A stretch of 64,000 bases of DNA, taken from positions 20,565 to 84,564 of IMG/VR virus record IMGVR_UViG_3300035696_002928. One strand, 5' to 3'. Both the position numbers and the translations under genes were made by a program. Source of the DNA: a virus. Taxonomy: Duplodnaviria; Caudoviricetes. Below the pieces are notes generated by a model. It made no database searches, had not been told where the DNA came from, and was given only the letters and a program-made list of their open reading frames with translations. The first letter of the stretch is position 1. Every line of letters begins with the position of its first letter. Below are positions 17,831 through 26,728 of this stretch, piece after piece.

Positions 17831-18577
17831 CTACCGGGCACGGCTGGTCGGAGCGGGCGCGGCGCGCTGGACACCGTTGTTCTTCACGCTGACGAAGGCG
17901 TTGATCTCCTTCACGATGCGGTCCATCGACGGCATCCGCTCGAAGGTGTCCAGACACTTCACGACGACCGGGACGTGCCACGAGTAGGTGCCCTTTTCCA
18001 CCAGCCGGCTCTTGAGCGTCAATGGCAATGGAGGATGCGGCACCAGGCCGGTCACGTCTTCGCCCCTGGCCACCTTGGCGTCGATGTCCGCCTGCGACAG
18101 CGGCAGATAGGAGAAGAGTTTCTTGGATTCCTGGCGACCCGATTTGTTGCCGCAGAAGAACTCCAGAAAAAGGTTCTGGCTCCGCTCGTAGACGAGGAAG
18201 CTGGGGCCGAACATGCAGTGGCTCTCCTTCTCCGCGGCCTGTGCCTGGATGCGCTGGAACTCCGCGGAGGCCGGGTCATAGCTGACGATGATCGCCTCGC
18301 TGTCGGTCATGTCGATGGCCTTCGGCCGGCGGGCCAGCGGGATCACGTCGATCTGGTCGCCCAGATCGGTCACTTCCTCGTCGGAAAGGGGAATGCCGTA
18401 GTTGCCGGGGCGCACGAGGTTGCGGTTGACCGCCTTGCCCTTGGTAAACAGTTGCAGGCGGAGGAGGTAATCTGCGCTCTTGGCCAGATCGGTGAACTGC
18501 TCATCGCTGCCAAGCTGCGTGGAGGGGAGTTGGTCCAGGTTCACGGGGACCAGGGCATTGTTCGTGTCGTCGGACAT
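17831..18577 (-). CDS. Hypothetical protein, possibly ssDNA-binding or recombination related
   Basis: Well-formed 248 aa ORF in the replication cluster; function inferred from position only. Confidence 0.55.
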   Translation of the reverse strand: MSDDTNNALVPVNLDQLPSTQLGSDEQFTDLAKSADYLLRLQLFTKGKAVNRNLVRPGNYGIPLSDEEVTDLGDQIDVIPLARRPKAIDMTDSEAIIVSYDPASAEFQRIQAQAAEKESHCMFGPSFLVYERSQNLFLEFFCGNKSGRQESKKLFSYLPLSQADIDAKVARGEDVTGLVPHPPLPLTLKSRLVEKGTYSWHVPVVVKCLDTFERMPSMDRIVKEINAFVSVKNNGVQRAAPAPTSRAR

Positions 18578-18633
18578 TGGTGCTTACCTCAAAACAGGTG
18601 CATGAAAACAGCGAAACAAAGCGGACAGAGGAG

Positions 18634-19524
18634 TCAGTCTTGCTTGTCGGGAATGTCCTTTCTCTTGCGGTTACGGTTCATCACGACCTGGCGTTGGTTC
18701 TCGACACTCGCGTGGTCTAGGTGCATCACCCAAGCCAATGCCGCCCGCCAGGCGTCTAGCAGCGTCTTGCAGTTCTCAGTGGCCAGGACCAGGGCCGAGA
18801 CGGTCGGCCGCTCGTACTCCGGTTGCAGTTCCTTGAGGGGCCGCATGTACGGCTGCGGCTTGAAGTCCTCCGTGAAGAAGGCATCCAGCTTCCCTTGCCG
18901 CACGGCCTCTTGGAACTGCTTCAGGAATGCTTGGACCGCGGCCCGGAACTCGCCCACCGGCATCGTCCGGGCCATGTCGAAGAACTGCGCCTGGTGCTTG
19001 TAGGGCACCCGCGCCAACTCATAGGCGGACCCCAACGGCATCTCGCCACGGTCCACCGCCTTCTGATACTCCTTTTTCAGGTCCAGCAGCCCCAGGGTCT
19101 CGCTGACCCAGCCAGGGCTCTTGTGGAGGATGCGGGTGCTGATCTCTGCCAAGGTGGCCTCGGGGCGAGCCTCCATGATCCGTTTGATCTGACGGGCATA
19201 GTCCATCGGCGTCGTCTCTGGCCGGAGGGCGTTCGCCTGAATCTGAATCGCCAGCAGGTCGTCGTCCGTCAGGTCCTTGACGAGGCAGGGCGTGGTCGCC
19301 AAGCCGGCTTCACGGGACGCCGTGACACGGTACAGGCCATCCGCCACGTCGTATTTCCCCGGGAAGCGGGCGGACGGCCGGACCAGGATCGGGTTCAGGA
19401 TGCCACGGTCGGCAATCGAGTCCCGCAACTCCAGGTAGGCCATCGCCCCGCGATTCACCAGCCGGAGCACCAGCGGCGGGTCCACAAGCTGATCGGTCGG
19501 AATCCATCGCAATTCGTCTGTCAC
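18634..19524 (-). CDS. parB: ParB-like protein 2
   Basis: LRDSIADRGILNPILVRP, VADGLYRVTA, QANALR, HTH; GTG start 4 nt after the class II motif. Confidence 0.78.
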   Translation of the reverse strand: MTDELRWIPTDQLVDPPLVLRLVNRGAMAYLELRDSIADRGILNPILVRPSARFPGKYDVADGLYRVTASREAGLATTPCLVKDLTDDDLLAIQIQANALRPETTPMDYARQIKRIMEARPEATLAEISTRILHKSPGWVSETLGLLDLKKEYQKAVDRGEMPLGSAYELARVPYKHQAQFFDMARTMPVGEFRAAVQAFLKQFQEAVRQGKLDAFFTEDFKPQPYMRPLKELQPEYERPTVSALVLATENCKTLLDAWRAALAWVMHLDHASVENQRQVVMNRNRKRKDIPDKQD

Positions 19525-19528
19525 ACCC

Positions 19529-19560
19529 TTACCAGACGGCAGAACAAATCGTTTTTCTAA
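19529..19560 (-). promoter_or_regulatory. Class II motif copy 1: TTAGAAAAA-N7-TTCTGCCGTCTGGTAA
   Basis: Exact match to two other copies; points into ParB-2. Confidence 0.7.
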
Positions 19561-19566
19561 GACTCC

Positions 19567-19598
19567 TTAGAAAAATTGCCGCTTCTGCCGTCTGGTAA
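19567..19598 (+). promoter_or_regulatory. Class II motif copy 2
   Basis: Back-to-back with copy 1; points into the primase. Confidence 0.7.
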
Positions 19599-19659
19599 GG
19601 GTGGCACACCAATTACGCTCTTGAGCGATCGGCGTGTAAACGCGCTAAACGGAGCCACC

Positions 19660-22338
19660 ATGCCACAGGTAAGTGAAGCCCTGCAAGCCTTCCTGCAAGC
19701 CCGCAAGACGGCTGCGAACACCGATCTTCTTGATCGGTGGTCCATTGCAATGGAAACCCAGGTAAATGTCCTGGCCGGCGATGGCGAGCCCGTGGCCGGC
19801 AAGCGCAGCACCTGGACCAACGGCACGGAGACCTGGTGGTCCATCCGCATTCCGCACGACGCCAACTCGGAGCCAACCTGGGACGACTACAAGCTGACCT
19901 TCTCCTTCACCGAGCGTGCCGAGGGGATCGGCTGCACGGGCTGGGACTGGCGGGCACGACGCTCCCGCCGGGTGGCTTTCGACTTTGACAGCCTCACGGC
20001 GCACGCCAAGGGCGTGGGGCTCAGCAACGAGGATTTGGAGAAAGTCAAGCAGGCCGCGATGCGGCTTCCCTATATTGAGGTGCGAAAAAGCACGGGTGGA
20101 ACCGGCCTCCATCTCTATGCGTACTTTGACGACGCCGGCATCCCCACGGCCAATCACACGGAACACGCCGCCTTGGCCCGCTGCATCCTCGGCATGATGT
20201 CGAGCGAGTGCAACTTCGACTTCGCCTCGCAGATCGACTGCTGCGGCGGGGTCATGTGGATATGGCATCGCAAGATGACGAAAGCCAATCAGGGGCTCGC
20301 CATCATCAAGCCGGCCACCAAGGTCCTTGCTGAAGCCGATCTGCCGGCCAACTGGCGCGACCATATCGAAGTGGTCACTCGCAAGCGTACAAAGGTCCGC
20401 ATCAATGAGGTGGCGGAGGATGACCTGGACCCCTTCGAGGCATTGACCTCCAGCCGGAAGATCATCCCCCTCGACGACAGCCACAAAGCGCAGATCGCCG
20501 CGCTCCAGCATACCGGCTACACCACGCTCTGGGTCGCCGACCACCACCTCTTGCAGACGCACACCTGTGCGCTGAACGAGGTGATGGAAAATCAAGGCAA
20601 GGAGCTTGGGCTAGTCGGTGTCTTCGGGACCAATTCCCAAGGCCGGAATCCCGGCAACCCAAACTGTTTCCTGTTCCCTTTGCCGAACGGCGGCTGGCGG
20701 GTCTTCCGCTTTTCGCCCGGCGTAGCCGAAGCAAACACTTGGACGCAAGACGGCCAGGGGTGGACCACCTGCTACTTCAACCATCGGCCGGACCTGACCG
20801 CTGCCGCCAAACTTCGCGGTGGAATCGAGGACCCGGACAAGGGCGGGTACACGTTCAAGACACCCGAGGACGCTATACACGTCGCCAAGATTCTCGGTGA
20901 AGAGAACATTGCCGTGGACCCGATGTTCGTGGATCGCCGCACGCTGCTCAAGCCGCACAAAGACGGCCGCCTCGTCATGGAGATCGAACGAAAGAGGGGT
21001 GACGCGGACCTGAAAGAGCCGGACGGCTGGCTGGCGAAGAAGACGAAGTGGGTCCGCGTCTTCGAGACCGTCGTTACCGACAAGAAGAACGACGACCTCG
21101 GTTTGACGGAGTACGACAATCTGCTGCGTGCCGTCGAAACCTCCGCCAAGCAATTCGTCGGCTGGGTCGTCCACAAGGATAAGGAATGGGTTGGCGAACC
21201 CGCGGCCAACGTGAAGATGCTGCTGCAAAATATCGGCAATGCCAAGGATGCCGCCGAGTGCATCATGGGCGGAGCCGTTGCGAAAGGGTGGCGGCTGGTC
21301 AGCCTGCCCTTCCATGCAGAATACCCCGGCGGCCGGCAGTGGAACTTGGATGCCGCCCAATTCTTGTACTTGCCAGCGGCCTTGGAACCGGACACGACGC
21401 CCGAGCATCCCCACTGGGACATGATCTTCGAGCACATCGGCGTCGAATTGACAGTGGCCCTGCGTGATCTGCCCTGGGCACAGCAGGCCAACATCAGGAC
21501 CGGAGCCGACTACTTGAAGACATGGGTGGCGTGCGCCTTCCGCGAGCCTTTCGAGCCACTGCCCTACTTGTTCTTGTGGGGCAACGAGAAAGCCGGCAAG
21601 AGCGTTCTCCACGAGGCTTTGAGCCTCTTGGTGACAAAAGGCGTTGTCAAGGCGGACAAGGCCCTTACCAACAACAACGAGTTCAACGGCGAGCTGGCCG
21701 GGGCAGTCATTTGTGCCGTGGAAGAAAAGGATGTCTCCCTCACACCCGGCGCATACGCCCGCATCAAGGAGTACACCACCGCCACCACGTTGTCCATCCG
21801 CCAGATGCGGCGAGATGTCTACTCGGTCCCCAACACCACCCACTGGATTCAGACAGCCAACAAGCAGTCCGCGTGCCCCGTGATGTCTGGCGACACCCGC
21901 ATCACGGTCATCGAAGTTGGCGACCTTCTCACTGAGCAGCAAGTTCCCAAGAAGACCATGCTGCAAAAACTGACCGCCGAGGCCCCGCACTTCATGCACA
22001 CGCTCTTGAACATGCCGCTTCCGCCACTGTTCGACCGCCTGCGGCTACCGATGGTGTCCACCGCGAGCAAGACCAGAAGTGAAGAGCTGCACAAGACCGA
22101 CTTGCAACGCTTCCTGGAGGAATGCTGCCAGGCCCGAAAGGAGACCTGCTCGCTGCGTTTCGGCGAGTTCTTCGACGCCTTCCAAAAATGGCTCGACGCC
22201 GGAGAAAAGCACCTGTGGTCCAAGATCAAGGTGTCCCGGGAGATGCCGAACCGGCACCGGATCATCCGGGGGCACGCAGGGGACCGCTACGTCCAAGACC
22301 TGGTGTTCAAGGCCCCTGTGGAGGCTACACCATGTTGA
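19660..22338 (+). CDS. Primase-polymerase-like domain fused to P-loop helicase
   Basis: FDFD, STGGTGLHLY (AEP-like His motif); Walker A GNEKAGKS; Walker B VEE; GGAG RBS before ATG 19660. Confidence 0.75.
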   Translation: MPQVSEALQAFLQARKTAANTDLLDRWSIAMETQVNVLAGDGEPVAGKRSTWTNGTETWWSIRIPHDANSEPTWDDYKLTFSFTERAEGIGCTGWDWRARRSRRVAFDFDSLTAHAKGVGLSNEDLEKVKQAAMRLPYIEVRKSTGGTGLHLYAYFDDAGIPTANHTEHAALARCILGMMSSECNFDFASQIDCCGGVMWIWHRKMTKANQGLAIIKPATKVLAEADLPANWRDHIEVVTRKRTKVRINEVAEDDLDPFEALTSSRKIIPLDDSHKAQIAALQHTGYTTLWVADHHLLQTHTCALNEVMENQGKELGLVGVFGTNSQGRNPGNPNCFLFPLPNGGWRVFRFSPGVAEANTWTQDGQGWTTCYFNHRPDLTAAAKLRGGIEDPDKGGYTFKTPEDAIHVAKILGEENIAVDPMFVDRRTLLKPHKDGRLVMEIERKRGDADLKEPDGWLAKKTKWVRVFETVVTDKKNDDLGLTEYDNLLRAVETSAKQFVGWVVHKDKEWVGEPAANVKMLLQNIGNAKDAAECIMGGAVAKGWRLVSLPFHAEYPGGRQWNLDAAQFLYLPAALEPDTTPEHPHWDMIFEHIGVELTVALRDLPWAQQANIRTGADYLKTWVACAFREPFEPLPYLFLWGNEKAGKSVLHEALSLLVTKGVVKADKALTNNNEFNGELAGAVICAVEEKDVSLTPGAYARIKEYTTATTLSIRQMRRDVYSVPNTTHWIQTANKQSACPVMSGDTRITVIEVGDLLTEQQVPKKTMLQKLTAEAPHFMHTLLNMPLPPLFDRLRLPMVSTASKTRSEELHKTDLQRFLEECCQARKETCSLRFGEFFDAFQKWLDAGEKHLWSKIKVSREMPNRHRIIRGHAGDRYVQDLVFKAPVEATPC

Positions 22339-22517
22339 TCCACGTCTACCGCACGGCTGGCTACGTGACCCGTTCCATTGTGCTCGTCGAACCTGTCGCC
22401 GAGGTTGAAATGGATGCCTTCCCGGATGATCCGCAGGACTTCGCTGACAGGCGTGACGGCGATTACCTCGAAGTTGCACCCGGAGAAGAAGACCGTGAGC
22501 AAGTACAGCATGTGTGA
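22332..22517 (+). CDS. Small acidic hypothetical protein
   Basis: ATG overlapping the primase end. Confidence 0.45.
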   Translation: MLIHVYRTAGYVTRSIVLVEPVAEVEMDAFPDDPQDFADRRDGDYLEVAPGEEDREQVQHV

Positions 22518-22959
22518 CAACGGCAAGCGACAATCCTTCGGCAAGGGCCGGGCGATCCGCGACACCGCGGACGACAAGCCGCGGCCCGACCTGATCTCCC
22601 CCTTCGCCGAAGAGCGGCAGGGCCACTGGCTCCGCATGGGAGCCGCGAAATATGCCGAGCGCAATTGGGAGAACGGGATGCCATTCAGCCGGTGCGTGGC
22701 CTCCCTGAAACGGCACCTGATGAAGTTCCAGCAGGGGTTGAAGGACGAGGACCACCTGGCGGCCATCATGTTCAACGCGATGGCCCTGATCCACTACGAA
22801 GAGATGATCGAGCGCGGCGTGTTGCCTGCCAGCCTGAACGACATGCCAAGCTACCGGGCGGTCATCAAAAGCGCCTTGAGGGCCATCAAGCGGAAGGCCA
22901 AGAAGCCGGCCAAGCGCAAGCTGGCGAAGAAGGCCGCAAGGAAGACCTGCAAATCCTGA
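22495..22959 (+). CDS. dATP/dGTP diphosphohydrolase-like protein (DUF5664 type)
   Basis: KPRPDLIS, GAAKYAERNWENG, SLKRHL, EDHLAAIMFNAM; Lys-rich tail. Confidence 0.78.
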   Translation: MSKYSMCDNGKRQSFGKGRAIRDTADDKPRPDLISPFAEERQGHWLRMGAAKYAERNWENGMPFSRCVASLKRHLMKFQQGLKDEDHLAAIMFNAMALIHYEEMIERGVLPASLNDMPSYRAVIKSALRAIKRKAKKPAKRKLAKKAARKTCKS

Positions 22960-23023
22960 CCCAATCCCAACCGCTCCGGCCCCGCACGCGCGGGGCCGGA
23001 GGCATCCGACCGAGCAAACCCCC

Positions 23024-23635
23024 ATGAAGACCTATCCCGGACTCCTGAATCTCAATGGCAACCTGCTCGTGTCCGTGGACTTGGAGACCACCGGCCGGCG
23101 GCCCGGCTACCACGAGATCATCCAGGTCGCCTGCGTGCCGCTGGACGCCGAGTTGAAGCCGGCGGCCAACCTCCGTCCCTTCTACACCGAGATCAAGCCC
23201 AACTTCCCCGAACGGGCCGAGCAGCAGGCACAATTCAAGCACAACATCCCGATGGAGCAACTGCTGCTGCACGCCCCTGACCAGGACAAGGTGAAAGATT
23301 TGTTCGTCGAGTGGTTCGAGAGCCTAGACCTGCCCTTCAAGAAGAGTCTGGTGCCGATGGCGCATAATTGGTCGTTCGAGTCGAGTTGGCTCAAGGAATG
23401 GCTGGGCGTCACGCTCTTCGACGACATCTGGTTCAGCCACGCCCGCGATGGGATGCTGCTGGCTATTGCCATCAACGACCGGGCCGCCATGCGTGGCGAG
23501 GCGATCCCGTTCAACCGCGTGGGGTTGGGATCGCTCTGCGCCAAGTTCAACGTCGTCAACGCCAACGCCCACGACGCCCTGGCCGACGCCTTGGCTGAGG
23601 CCGAAGTCTACCGGGCGCTGCTGCAAATGTTCTAG
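23024..23635 (+). CDS. DEDDh 3'-5' exonuclease (DnaQ-like)
   Basis: VDLETTG, AHNWSFE, HDALADALAEA. Confidence 0.85.
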   Translation: MKTYPGLLNLNGNLLVSVDLETTGRRPGYHEIIQVACVPLDAELKPAANLRPFYTEIKPNFPERAEQQAQFKHNIPMEQLLLHAPDQDKVKDLFVEWFESLDLPFKKSLVPMAHNWSFESSWLKEWLGVTLFDDIWFSHARDGMLLAIAINDRAAMRGEAIPFNRVGLGSLCAKFNVVNANAHDALADALAEAEVYRALLQMF

Positions 23636-23645
23636 GAGGTGTGAC

Positions 23646-24665
23646 ATGGGACCAGTTCTGAAACTCGCCGACTGGAACAAGATCATCCAGCAGGTCAACG
23701 ACCTGGCAAACAACCCGCCGGCCGGTTGCAATGGCACGTCCGCACTGAGTCCGGTGACGGACCCGCATCGTTGGTCGAAGACCGACATCAAGGGGGTTCA
23801 GGATGCGCTGCAAGCCATTTGCAGCAGCAACACCTTCGACACCATTCCCGATCTCTGGAAACAGAAGACCATCGACGACATCAACACGGCGATTGCCAAC
23901 GGCTGGTGCCAGCAATGCAAGCAGCAGTCCGTCAAGACCTACCAGGTCGTTCCGATCCACGGGTGCGAGGTGGCGACGTGCGGCGACCTGAGTAATCCCG
24001 TCCCTTACACGTCAACCATCGCCCTCGGCAACCAGGCATGGGCGGCCTGCACCGCCTACTACCTGGACTATCTTGCCCGCTGTACGTTGCAAAGCCAACT
24101 CGCCACGGAACAGGCGAAGCCGAAGCCGGACCAGGGCGTCATCAACGGGCTGCAAGGACAGATCAACACCAAGACTTCCGACATGGCCGTCCAACGCGGA
24201 CTGGCCGACGCAGCGGCCACGGCGCAAAGTGCCTTCTTTACCAGCTATGATTCCTGCGCCCAGGCCCATGACCTTCCCGGGAACTGCCAGAATATGTGGC
24301 CGATGGTTGCCGCACTGACCGGCCACCCGTGGGCCGATAAGCCGTGCAGCCCGAAGGACATGCTCGGCCCCTGGCGCGAAAGTTGGACGCTTGCCGTCCG
24401 CTGGGGCACCAGCGGTCCTTTTAACCTCGTCCTAAGCGGCTACTTTTCACCAGGCGGTGTCCCGTTTGCCCTGATGACCTTCTCAAGCGCCGCACCCATC
24501 GCTGGAAAGAAGGCGGTCTGGTGCTATTGCGGTGCAGGTTGCTTGACTCCGAACCTGTCGTGGTTCCCTCCCTACAAGGACATGAACCCCTGTAGTGACG
24601 CCGAGAACACGACCGACTACGACGGCTCGACCACTTGGAGCGTCGAGTACCGCTGGTATGCGTGA
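23646..24665 (+). CDS. Cys-rich hypothetical protein
   Basis: AGGAGG RBS; many Cys and Trp; central coiled coil. Confidence 0.65.
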   Translation: MGPVLKLADWNKIIQQVNDLANNPPAGCNGTSALSPVTDPHRWSKTDIKGVQDALQAICSSNTFDTIPDLWKQKTIDDINTAIANGWCQQCKQQSVKTYQVVPIHGCEVATCGDLSNPVPYTSTIALGNQAWAACTAYYLDYLARCTLQSQLATEQAKPKPDQGVINGLQGQINTKTSDMAVQRGLADAAATAQSAFFTSYDSCAQAHDLPGNCQNMWPMVAALTGHPWADKPCSPKDMLGPWRESWTLAVRWGTSGPFNLVLSGYFSPGGVPFALMTFSSAAPIAGKKAVWCYCGAGCLTPNLSWFPPYKDMNPCSDAENTTDYDGSTTWSVEYRWYA

Positions 24666-24674
24666 GGATAAACT

Positions 24675-25481
24675 ATGTTGCCAGTCATTGAACCTGACGG
24701 GATGATCCGCTACAGCGAGCCCCCGGCCAACGTGCCCGCGGGCTGGACGCCAAGCCCGGACAATCCGCAAATCTACTTGCCGCCGTGGCAGCCCTGCGCG
24801 CATCGCCTTGTCGGTTTCGACAACCGCACGATGGTCATTACGCCCACCTGCCTTCTTGCCCTGGGGCCAGTCCCCATCAGCCGTTGCATCGGCTGTCCCC
24901 TGCGGCAGGACCCGTCGCCAGACCACTACCGGAACTTGGACTTCCGCAACCTCACGCAGAAGACCTACCCGGTCCCGGCCTTGGGGCCCCTCGAACGAAT
25001 CCAAATGCAAATACCCGAGGGTTGCAAGGACGCTAAGACGGCGACCATCACGACCATTGCCGACAAGCCGCTCGCGGAGGCAGCCCCCGTGACCCCGCCG
25101 ACCCCGGAAGCCTACTCGCCGAATGTCCCTCGCCCCGACCTGGCGGCCATCAGCACCACGCTGCCGCCGGATGACGCGAGCAAGGACCGGACCTTCAGGC
25201 GGCCCGTGTTCGAGCCCGATGGTTCCATCGTCTATCCGCACGACGACAAGGACTGGGAACCGCCGCAGAACATCAACGGCTATGTACGCGATCCCGACAA
25301 CCAGTGGCGCTTCCTGCCGCTGTGGCTGCCATGTGCGCTACGGATGCAGACCGCCTTCCTCAAGGCCAACTGCGGCTGCATCGACATCATCATGCGGTGC
25401 AACAATCCGCAAGCACCCACGTTCGGGCAGCGTGTGCCGTCCACCATCTGTGCGACTTGTCCCGTGAGGAGTGAGCCATGA
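24675..25481 (+). CDS. Protein with two copies of a PDG...W..C..R...CxxCP domain
   Basis: Internal repeat visible in the translation. Confidence 0.7.
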   Translation: MLPVIEPDGMIRYSEPPANVPAGWTPSPDNPQIYLPPWQPCAHRLVGFDNRTMVITPTCLLALGPVPISRCIGCPLRQDPSPDHYRNLDFRNLTQKTYPVPALGPLERIQMQIPEGCKDAKTATITTIADKPLAEAAPVTPPTPEAYSPNVPRPDLAAISTTLPPDDASKDRTFRRPVFEPDGSIVYPHDDKDWEPPQNINGYVRDPDNQWRFLPLWLPCALRMQTAFLKANCGCIDIIMRCNNPQAPTFGQRVPSTICATCPVRSEP

Positions 25482-25993
25482 CCCAACCTTGTGATTGCCC
25501 GAGTACGCCGCTGCCGGTGCCCGGCGACAAGCAAGACGGCCTACAGATCAACTACGTGCTCAACTACGACGGGCCGCAGACGGACGTGTACCGGACTCTG
25601 GCACACGCGGTTCCTGAAGGTGATCTGGAATGCGGGCGGCCCGTCTGTCATCCAGACGGAGCGCTCGAATTCCCAACGGGCACACCAGCCGACATCTACG
25701 GCTACACCCGCGACGGCACAAACCCGCGGCTCTTCCGCCCTGCATGGCCGGAGTGCATCCACCGGGCCTTCGGCGTCCTCATACGGGACAAGCAGCTTGT
25801 GATCGCCGGCCGGTGCAACCGCCTCGGCTGTGAGCAGTTCGGTTGCCCGGTCACGCTCGACCTTTGCCAGGGATGCCCCGTGCGGCAGGCGGCCACCGTC
25901 CACAAGCCGAAGAGCATCCGCACCCTGATTGCTGAAATGGAAGCCCGCGGCAAAGCGGGCGCGGCAGCACGGATCGTGGCCGGCAAGAAGTAG
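25478..25993 (+). CDS. Protein with a third copy of the same Cys-rich domain
   Basis: PDG...GY.RD..N..F.P.W..C..R...CQGCPVR; ATGA overlap. Confidence 0.7.
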   Translation: MTQPCDCPSTPLPVPGDKQDGLQINYVLNYDGPQTDVYRTLAHAVPEGDLECGRPVCHPDGALEFPTGTPADIYGYTRDGTNPRLFRPAWPECIHRAFGVLIRDKQLVIAGRCNRLGCEQFGCPVTLDLCQGCPVRQAATVHKPKSIRTLIAEMEARGKAGAAARIVAGKK

Positions 25994-26010
25994 GCACTGA
26001 CACAGAAACA

Positions 26011-26045
26011 AAAGGGCACCCGGCGCTTGTCGCCGGGTGCCCTTT
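26011..26045. terminator. Bidirectional intrinsic terminator between convergent gene blocks
   Basis: AAAGGGCACCCGGCG-cttgt-CGCCGGGTGCCCTTT perfect 15 bp stem. Confidence 0.85.
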
Positions 26046-26069
26046 CTCTACTTCTGGACTGCCTCCACA

Positions 26070-26252
26070 TTACGGGATTGGCACCGGGCAGTCGGGGTCA
26101 GGCCCCAAGGCTGCCACACGTTCTGCGCGAATGGCCTCTGCCGCAGACCGCGCCTTTGCCAGGTCCACTTGGACCGAAGGCGTATCGCGGCCCTGCGATT
26201 GCACGAGGACCATATCGGCATGGGTTGGTCGGGGAGGATTGATCGCCTGCAT
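26070..26252 (-). CDS. Small protein, paralog A (PTHxDM..QGRD family)
   Basis: Similar to the neighbouring 26256-26468 product. Confidence 0.6.
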   Translation of the reverse strand: MQAINPPRPTHADMVLVQSQGRDTPSVQVDLAKARSAAEAIRAERVAALGPDPDCPVPIP

Positions 26253-26255
26253 GGT

Positions 26256-26468
26256 TCACTCCCCCTCAGCGGCCTCGTCCGGGCAAGACTCGCTGGATTC
26301 GTCGTCATGGACCCACTGCGGGGCAGGCGACGGCCCCATCCGCCGCGCGTGATCGTTGGCACGCGCGGCGGCCACGTCTTGATCGACGGCCTGGGGATCG
26401 CGCCCCTGGGCCGGGATCAGCGCCATGTCATTGTGGGTCGGCTTCGGGTTGTCGCCGATTCCCTGCAT
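26256..26468 (-). CDS. Small protein, paralog B
   Basis: PTHNDMALIPAQGRD. Confidence 0.6.
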   Translation of the reverse strand: MQGIGDNPKPTHNDMALIPAQGRDPQAVDQDVAAARANDHARRMGPSPAPQWVHDDESSESCPDEAAEGE

Positions 26469-26471
26469 GGC

Positions 26472-26660
26472 TTAGAGTCCCTTCCACTGCCCGTCGTACT
26501 TGGCGGCCTTGTTGACCTCGGGGGCCTTCACGTCGCCGGACTCGGCGAGGGCTTCGCCCATCGCGGGCTTGCGCTCGACGTGCGTGCCGGTTTCGCCTTC
26601 GGCCTGAACGAGGATGTTGTCGATGTTGCCGTTGCCGGCCGGTGCTCCGATGTTCTGCAT
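26472..26660 (-). CDS. Small protein, distant paralog C
   Basis: MQNIG...DNILVQAEG; 3 nt spacing to the next gene. Confidence 0.55.
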   Translation of the reverse strand: MQNIGAPAGNGNIDNILVQAEGETGTHVERKPAMGEALAESGDVKAPEVNKAAKYDGQWKGL

Positions 26661-26728
26661 CGTAGTGTACCTTTTCGTTAAGAGAAACTGATCGAACGAA
26701 ACGCACGCCAACCGAACGCCGGCTGACG

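Noticed and set aside
22495-22959. Z-genome (2-aminoadenine) system
   Set aside because: No PurZ/PurA-like gene or DatZ-type HD protein visible; the diphosphohydrolase alone is insufficient
22974-23001. 12 bp GC hairpin between the diphosphohydrolase and exonuclease genes as a terminator
   Set aside because: No U-tract on either strand; hairpin is real but its function is unsupported
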